From contig NW_005434601.1 of the NCBI RefSeq assembly GCF_000315625.1, positions 265,833-329,832 on the forward strand: a DNA stretch of 64,000 bases, written 5' to 3'. Every line of letters starts with the position of its first letter. The first letter of the stretch is position 1. Under the pieces are notes generated by a model. That model saw nothing but the letters and a program-made list of their open reading frames with translations, was not told where the DNA came from and did no database searches. This document shows, one piece after another, positions 55,501 to 64,000 of the stretch. The DNA comes from Guillardia theta CCMP2712 (Eukaryota; Protista; Cryptophyta). The position numbers and the translations under genes were made by a program.

Positions 55501-58500
55501 ACTTGGTGCTGCTGAACGTGTACGAGAGTATCTACCTGACCATCAACCCTCGCTTCACCGGGCATGACGTTTGCCGCACCTCCTCGATCTACCGGAATCC
55601 CTTGGGCGAGACGACTCAGTCCTCCTACCAGGTCTCCTGCTCCAAGAGCAACATCGGGCAGCCCGGCTGCCTGCTGGGGACCGAGTCGACCTGCACGTGC
55701 AACCTCAAGGACGACTGCTCGACGCTGTCGAGGATCCTCCTGTTCCTCAACCGCACCAGCAGCACCTTCACGCAGTACTACACTGACTTCAACTACAACA
55801 TCGAATCCATGAGCGACCGCACGTGCGGCGGAGTCCCCTGGTACGCCTCCCCCAACGCCTTCTCGGTGGGCAAGATCTGCCAGATCGATCAAGACTGCAG
55901 GGCAACCGACATGTTCAACTGCTCGACGTCAGGCGGCTGCCTCTGCTGTGCTGACCTGAACAAGACCTGCTCCTCCCATGCCGACTGCAGCTCCGTCGAG
56001 GTCGGCTCCTTGTGTGGCTGCACCTGGAACGGGCCGGCGGGGCTGCGAGCGACTGACCCAGGGACGTGCGGGCCATGGCTGGACAGCACCAACTTCCCGC
56101 TGGCGGACACGGACGGGAACAAGAAGCTCACGCCGACCGAGCTCGCAACCTTCATCTCCTCCTGCACCTCTTCCACCTGCCTCTACCGCGCCACCACCAA
56201 GCCCGCGGACTGTCCGACGTGCGTGGGTCAGCCCTGCACGTACATGGGGAGCGGGTCGACCTCCTGCCTGCCTCCGATCATCGTCGAGAACGGGACAGCC
56301 GACTCGACGGTCATCGACCCGCTCAGCACGGTAGGGAGTCAGAGGATCGAAGTGTACGGGGGCAAAGCAGACATCAACAAGGCGCTGGCAAACATGCAGT
56401 ACCTGAGCAACCTCAACTACAACCGCCTCTACCGCAACCCCGCCTGCTACCCTCCTCCCCGCGAGAAGACCAAGCTCTGCCAGGCTACCGTCCCCAACTT
56501 CGACCCGACCTTCGACGACATCGACACGGTGACGGTGGAGGCGAACGACCTGGGGAACTCCGGGGGCATCGAGCGCTCGATCCAGATCAACGTGGGGGCG
56601 ATGAACATCCTCGTGCAGGCAGTGAACGATCGGCCGCGAATCTCCAGCCCCTCACAAGTTCATCTCATAGAGGACTGGGTCTTCTCCTTCATTAACCCCG
56701 ACCTCCTGGGAGAGGTACCACCCCCTCCTACCACCCCCTCCTACCACCACTACCTCCTCCTACTCCTGATACCACTACCACCACTGCCTCCTCCTGCATA
56801 TACTCTCCTACTCCTACCACTGCTTACTGTTTCCTCGTTTCCATCCTCCCCTCCCTCCCACACTCGCTCTCTCTATCCCTCCTCCTCCTCCTCCTCGTCC
56901 CCTCCCCTCACCCTCCCTCCTCCTCATCCTCCTCGTCCCCTCACGCTTCCTGCAGGCTGGTCTCGCTCTCCCCGCCCCCGACTGGTACAACAACCTCATC
57001 GTCAGCCAGTGCGTCTTCGACAAGACCAGGCCAGGCGCGCCCTTCGACCCCTCCCTCGGCTCCTCCTGCGGCTGCTTCCGCGTCTGCACCTCCCCGACCG
57101 TCCAACTCTCGCAAGTCGCATGCAGCTGCACAGACACGGACTGCGACCTCAAGTGCGCAGACCAGCAGGTCAACCAAGTCGCCTCCATCCTCCGCGCCAA
57201 CTTCAGTCAAGCCTCCTACACCTACGGTCGCATCGGTGATCCCATCGTGCTGAGCGATCCAGGTACCTCCTCCTACTCCTCTTCATACTCTTTCTCCTCC
57301 TCCTCTTTCTCTTCCTCCTCCCTCTCCTGATGTGCAGCTGACTGGGGGTCAGACTACCTCGACTTTGGGTTCCTCGAGATTCAGATGGAGCTTAACATCT
57401 CCTGCAACCATGGGAGGCTCCTGCTTAACGAAGCTTTCCTCAGCCAGCGCGACGTCTTCGGTGTTCGTATCAAAGTGCAGAATTATCAAGGTAGTCCCTT
57501 ACGTCCTCCTACCTCCTCCTCTATTCTCCTCCTCCTCCTTATCGTCGTCGTCGTCGTCCTCCTCCTCCTCCTCCTCGATTCTCCTCGTCTTTTCTCGTCT
57601 TTTCTCCACGTCCTTTCTCCTCCCTCCTCCTCTTTCCTTCCTCCCTCCATCCTCCTCCCGACTCACTCGTCTCTCCGCGTCCTTCCCCTCACTCTATCTC
57701 AGGCTTCGAGGTTCAGTCGCCCACCTCCACCGGCCTCTACTACACGCCCGTCGGCTCTGCCTGCAACCCCTGCGACCTGGGCTGGAAGTGGCAGAACGGG
57801 CTGGTCGTGTGCTGCGACGTGCAGCCATGCCGGCACTGCCCGATGTGGGGGGTCGGGAATCGTTTCATCTCCATCACCGGCAACTTGGACGACCTGAACC
57901 TGGCGCTGAGCAACCTGACGTACATCAACGACGAGAACTTCAACACGCGCTACTTCCAGTCCGAAGCGATCCTCCTGCAGCTCAACGACAACGGCGCCAT
58001 CGGCGACTCGCTCGCCTCCTCCCCCAAGCTCGGCACCCTCGCTGAGATCGCGGTGTTCATCGAGTCCGTCAACGATGGCCCGCAGATCCTCCGGCAGGTC
58101 CCCGTGCTCTCCCAGTCGATCACGCTGGGGGACGGGAGACGGTGGTGGATCTCTACAACTGGGAGAACGCGGACCTGAACGCGTCCATCAACTACATCGA
58201 CGTTGACGAGGACACTATCTTCGTCTTCAACCAGTCGCACTTGTGGATCGACGACGTGGACTCTCGCGAGGCTGAGATCATCTCCCAGCAGGTGAAGCTC
58301 AAGAACGATCCCATCACCTTCACCTGCTACCCCGGCGAAGACATCCTCGACCTCCTCCTCCTCGGCTCCCCCCAGTGCGTCCAGAATGCGCAGAAGACGG
58401 GCTACGTGTGCCAAGGAGGATACAAGAGCGGTTGCACGTGCACTGACAATTCCGACACTTCCTGCTCCGACGGCTGCTCCTGCACCCTCGGCTCCTGCTG

Positions 58501-61500
58501 CATCTCCACCTGCTCGCGCCCGGGCGTCTGTCCCGACGCGCAAGGAAAGATCGCCAAGAACCCTGGGGAGCTGCTGGTGGAGTTGTCGGTGACCAACGGG
58601 ATGCTGTCGCTCTATCCGCCTGCTGGCCGCAGCCTCCTCAGCCTCACCTTCTACACCAACTCGACCCCCGTCCCCATCAGCAGAGGAGGGCCCGCCACCG
58701 TCTGCTCGCTGCAGGCCTGCATGAAGAATCAGAGCAGCATCGTCATCGTCGGAGTCCTCGCGGAGGTTCAGAAAGTTTTCTCGCAGAGGTTCCTGAGCTA
58801 CCTGGGGCTTCCCAACTACTACGGGCCTGACGTCTTGAGCGTGAGCGCTTGCTTCCTCCTGCTCCTGCTCCGCTGACCCTAGACTCCTCCTCTCCTACTC
58901 CTCCTGTCCTCCTTCCTCCCTGTCTGCTCCTCCCTCCCTTGTCTCTCTCCCCTCCCTTCCTCTTCGTTGCTTCCTCCTCCCTCCCTCCTTTTCTCCTCTA
59001 TCAGGTGTGGGTGTCGGACCAAGGTTTCACGGATCAGAGCTTCAACGACTCTCTGACTGCCTCCTACCTCCTCCCCATCAACGTCATGCCTGTCAACGAC
59101 GCTCCGACCATTCAAACGCCCAACGAGGTTCTCAACTACGACATGAATCAGGTCTGCTACGTTGACTTCATGGCCGAGTACCGCGATCCTCGCGGGCTCC
59201 TCTGCTCTCAGTTCTCCTCCTCCCTCATCCCCGACCGGGCCGGAGCTCCGCGCATTCTCTTCAGTGACGTTGACGTGCGGGCAACGGCGTTGGGGAACGT
59301 GACGCTGACGATTGAGATCCAAGCGAAGCAGCCAGGGAGAATTTTCTTCAACGAGACACTTCCTCGCATCACCTACCTGCAGTACCGCAATGAGCTTGAC
59401 TACACCGTCGTCGTCCTCAACGGGAAGATCGACGACATCAACACCCAGATGCTCGTGAGACCATGCCAACAACTCCTTCTCCTTCTCCTCCTTCTCCTCC
59501 TTCTCCTCCTTCTCCTCCTGCCTCTGTTTTCTGCTGCCTCCTTGCTCGTCCCGACGACTCTGACCTTCTCCCCTAGACCATGAGGTTCGACCCTGAGGCA
59601 GCCTTCGCGGGCTACGCGCCTCTCAGCGTCTATATTAGCGACAACGGCAACTACGGGGGAGATCACTGCATGGAGGAGACGGGAGTCTGCCGGGACTTCA
59701 CCTTCACCTGCCCCACCACCTCCTGCCCCTCCTCCTTCACCCGCGTCCCTGACCTCTGCCTGCTCTCCTCCACCCGAGGCTGCATGAAGTGGCTCCTCTA
59801 CCCCAACCTGCCTCACTTCGTCTACCCCAACCGCGCGAGGTCGACCAGGAGCATCGTCGACCTCTCGGTGGGAGCTGCTGCGTCCTGCCAGCTGAACGAG
59901 GCGATCAACGACTCGGCCAAGTGCTTCGAGTGCGGCAAACTAGCAGGATGCAATTGGTGTCCCTCCTTCTGCAACGGGAAGGGAAAATGCATGATAGGTG
60001 ACGGCTCCTTCCTCCTCCTCCCTCCTCCCTCCACCCTCCTCCTTACCCCTTCCTCCTCTCTCCTTCCTCCCTCCGTTTCCTCATCTTCTTCTCCTTTCGC
60101 TGCTTTCCCCTGCTCTTCTCACCTCTCGCTCAGGCAAGTCAAGTCCCACCTATGAGATGTGCCCCAAAGGCGCCTTCAGGGCCTACGGTCAGTGCTCAGA
60201 CACTGCCGGCAGCAGCAAGATCCTTCCTGCCCTCATCGCCGTTGCCGCTGCCCTCGTCCTCCTCCTCGTGACCTTCATCTTCCTCCGGTGGACTCAGAGG
60301 CGCTACGGAGGCTTGAGGAAGTACCTCGTGAGGAAGCAGGAGGAGGCGACTCGCGTCATCACCGAGCTGAACCTCGCGACCCCCTCGGACGCGCGATGGA
60401 TGGAGTTCTTCTTCCAGCTCACCCTCTTCGTCCTCCTCGGCGTGTGGGCTGCTGGTCTATTCCGGCAGACGTCCGCCTCCTACCCAGCTGAGTTCTTCTT
60501 GGACGCCACCAGCTGGCTCACCCTCGACCTCGACTACTGCAGCGTTCGCTTCCTCCCCGCCCGCAACTTCCCGGAGCCCGAGCACTCCATCTCCTTCGCC
60601 AAGGTCCGCATCGCGCTCTCCTCCGACCCTCAGGTCGTCCTCAACGCCGACATCTGCACCGAGCACACGACCCTCTACGTCAACAACACCAAGTCGGAGG
60701 CGACCAGGTACCAGCGCTACCACTGCAGGATGCAGGTCATCGTCCCCGAGTCCTTCGTGCTGCCTCGCATAGAGATCAAGGAGCACAGCTCTCTCAACTT
60801 CCCCTCCTCCGTCCGCGCGGGCTCCATGGACCCTGACACCCCCAACTTTGGACTCCGGCTGGGGCCCAACAGCTTCTCCCTGCTGGGGCAGAACATGCAG
60901 GTGAGGCTGCAGAACTTCAGCGCCAAGACGTTCGAGCTCAAGTTCGACCATGGCTCCCTCGTCGCCACCGACTTCTCTACCGCCGACAGCGCGAGAATGC
61001 AGACGTCCGACGCGAACTTGATCGTGACGACGAGTAGGATGACGACCGTGCGGTTCTTTCAGCCCAGCGCGAACCAGGTGTGCCTAACCGCCGCTAACAA
61101 CTCGCTCTACGTGGACGGAAACTGCAAACAGAGCTGCGACTTCATGACCATCAACAGCACAAGCAGAAGAAACTTGAGGGTAGGAAATGTCCTCCTCTCT
61201 TCCTCCTCCTCCTAACACTCCTCTATTCTCCTCCTCCTCCTTCTCCTGTATTCCTCCTCCCCTTCCTCCTCCTCTCCNNNNNNNNNNNNNNNNNNNNNNN
61301 NNNNNNNNNNNNNNNNNNNNNNNNNNNNNNNNNNNNNNNNNNNNNNNNNNNNNNNNNNNNNNNNNNNNNNNNNNNNNNNNNNNNNNNNNNNNNNNNNNNN
61401 NNNNNNNNNNNNNNNNNNNNNNNNNNNNNNNNNNNNNNNNNNNNNNNNNNNNNNNNNNNNNNNNNNNNNNNNNNNNNNNNNNNNNNNNNNNNNNNNNNNN

Positions 61501-64000
61501 NNNNNNNNNNNNNNNNNNNNNNNNNNNNNNNNNNNNNNNNNNNNNNNNNNNNNNNNNNNNNNNNNNNNNNNNNNNNNNNNNNNNNNNNNNNNNNNNNNNN
61601 NNNNNNNNNNNNNNNNNNNNNNNNNNNNNNNNNNNNNNNNNNNNNNNNNNNNNNNNNNNNNTACTCTATTTTTCGCACCCCCTCCGATATATTTTTTCTT
61701 CTTTTCCCTCCTCCTCCTCCTCCCCCCACCTTGTAGTTTTCTTTTTTCGAACCCTTTATCGCAGGATGACTTTTCTCCTCTCCCTCCTGGTCGTCGCCTC
61801 TTGCAAACTTCCTCCCTCAACTACACAGTCCCGAGGCCTAGGGGCCCCGCGGAGCTTTGTCCAGACGGGGTGAGCAGGAGGAGCAGCGGGGGGGCGAGAA
61901 AGGAACATGCATTTGAAGAGCGGAGAGGAAGGAACCAGTAGCAGGAGAAGCAGCAAGAGGACGAGGAGCCGGGGAGGAGGAGGAGGAGGAGGAGGAGGAG
62001 GAGGAGGAGGAGATTGCCTGACAATCGTTTCAGGTTACGCTGAAGAAGGACGTCTTGTATGTACCGGACTGCACAGACATGACGCTATGCAAGCAGAGTG
62101 AGACGGAGCAGTGTCTGTGTCGCCCATACTGCGACATGCTTGCTCCTGCCAAGCTCTGCATCAACGGCATCTGCGGGGTCGCAGGCACGTGCGATCTCCT
62201 TGGCCGCTGCTGCCGCACCATCTGCTCGGGCTACAGTCTCGCCGATCTCTTCCCCACCCCCAACCAGCCCCGCGACGGCGCCTCCATCAACCCGGTCACG
62301 ATGCCGTGGACGCCCGGGGGGCTGGAGCAGCAGTGGTCCCTCTACTCCCTGACCGGCCAGATCTCCGTGTCCTCCCTCGCGTCTCCCGACCTCTACCGCG
62401 TGAGCTCCTACAAGGGCAGCCCCGCGCGTGAGCTGGTGGACATCGCGATCGAGGTGGCGGCGGGAGACAAGGAGGTCATCGACAAGAATTTTCATCCCTC
62501 CGGCGCTTCCAAACCCCGCGAGAAGATCGTCGAGTTCGTGCTGGAGGGCCCGGGGACCCTCGACCCGGAGGTCTCGTCGCTCATATGGATCCCCAAGCTC
62601 ATGTACATCTCCCTCCCCCCCTACATCCTCGACACCCTCTCCCTCGGTATCCTCAAGCCCGTCCGCAACAGTGTCCCCACCTTGCTCAAGCCCGGGTTCT
62701 GCCCTGCCTTCCTCTCTGCAAGCAGCGACGCGCTCTTCAGCCAGCGCCTCGTCCAGATCCGCCAGGTCCTGCTCGACGTCCTCCAGAACTTTCCAGCCTA
62801 CCTGCCCCTGCGCCGCATCCCTAGCGGGAGCCTGCTGGTCTACCAGCTGAACGGGACGACCCCGCGGGTGTTCGTCAAGGACCCGGTGACCAACGCGATG
62901 ACCGTCATCGCCATCGACCTCAACAAGCTCTTCGCCTTCTGGGCGGGCGTCTACTTCTCCCTCGCCGTCTCCCTCCTCTCCGCCACCATCGCCTGCGTCG
63001 TTGTTATGCGGCACGTGCGGGGGGGGATCAGGCAGATCAGAGAGGCGCTGGTGCTGGAGACGCAAATCTTCTCGTGCCTGTCCGACCTGATGCGCATGAA
63101 GTTGGACGAGGGGGAGGGGATGCGGAAGATCATCTTCGACCAGAAGCTCCTGGAGGAGGTGGAGGGATACACAGGCTTCGTCTTCCTTGTCGAGTTCTTC
63201 CTTGGCTTCGACGGCGTCCAGGCCTCCTCCTTCGCGCGCGCCTCTCACTTCCTTCAGGTCGCTCTCGTCCTCTGCCTCCCCATCATCCCCTTGTGGATCT
63301 TGTCGGAGAAGTGGAGGGAGTCCTACCTGAGCGAACAATGTCGGCTGAGACACGACAAGCAAGAGTGTCTGCTGCAGAAGGAGACGCTCTCTTCCCTCGT
63401 CTCCTACCTCCTCCTCGCCTACTTCGCCATCTCTGCCGTCGAATGCACAGGTCATTTCCTCAAGTTCACCAGGAGCTCCGTCAAGATGTTCCTCCGCAAG
63501 TGCTTCTACATCGCACTCCTCGCTGCCTCCATCGCCTCCTCTGCGCTCTTCCTCCTCGTCCTCCTCTGGATCATCATCGGCGTGTACTGGGAGACGTCTA
63601 AGGTCCTCGTTCCTCCGCTTCCTTCCCCTCTTCTCTGCTTCTCGTTTCCTTCCTTCCCTCCTCCTGCTGTCACTCACGCGCTCAGCAGGCTCTCCCCTAC
63701 GCCATCGCACTCGCTGGCTTCATCGGCAACTTCTTCGCGATCAAGCTCAAGCATGACACCCTGCGGTACCGCGTCGAGCTCTCACTCAAGACGTTTATGC
63801 GCGAGGAGGAGACAGAACTCTCTCATGTGCTGCCGAAGCCTTTCGTCAGCATCATCATCGAAAAGGCACAAACAACTACTCGTCCTCCCTCCTCCCTCCT
63901 CCCTCCTCCCTCCTCCCTCCTCCCTCCTCCCTCCTCCCTCCTCCCTCCTCCCTCCTCCCTCCTCCCTCCTTCTCCTCTGATTCGCCTTTCAGAATCTCTA
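52553..64000 (+). CDS. Giant multipass cell-surface protein: signal peptide, Cys-rich modules, about six cadherin-like repeats, PSI-like domain, several transmembrane helices; continues past the window
   Basis: Signal peptide HILLIHLLLLLCIQSASS-QD. Repeat ends PMNDPP, AMNNPP, AVNDRP, SVNDGP, PVNDAP with VSDQG/ANDLG/LNDNG/ISDNG strands. CFECGKLAGCNWCPSFC. Hydrophobic helices at about 60220, 60400, 62930, 63240, 63390 and 63500. Exons join through GT-AG introns. Confidence 0.8.
61278..61661. other. Assembly gap
   Basis: Run of N. Confidence 1.

Overview
Eukaryotic, gene-dense nuclear scaffold with many short GT-AG introns, introns often filled with (CCT)n/(GAG)n tracts, and four N-gaps. A signal-peptide-plus-Phe presequence and the intron style suggest an alga with a complex plastid, probably a cryptophyte (inference). 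Genes in order: 3' end of uroporphyrinogen decarboxylase (+), casein kinase II alpha (-), a formin (-), a frameshift-riddled 1.4-kb relic cassette, a large TPR protein ending in a ZZ-type zinc finger (-), then an 18-kb macrosatellite of 7 full and 1 partial ~2.4-kb units. Each unit carries an intronless transcription factor with three Zn(II)2Cys6 clusters, and a 33-bp VNTR sits on its start codon. After the array come a hypothetical gene (+), a probably plastid-targeted SRPBCC/polyketide-cyclase protein (-), a giant Sfi1-like repeat protein with an internal TAG (+), a DHHC palmitoyltransferase (-), and a giant multipass surface protein with bacterial-type cadherin-like repeats that runs off the window (+). 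The best candidate for an undescribed system is the transcription-factor macrosatellite, which resembles D4Z4/DUX4 in architecture. Exon boundaries were read by eye and are approximate where stated.
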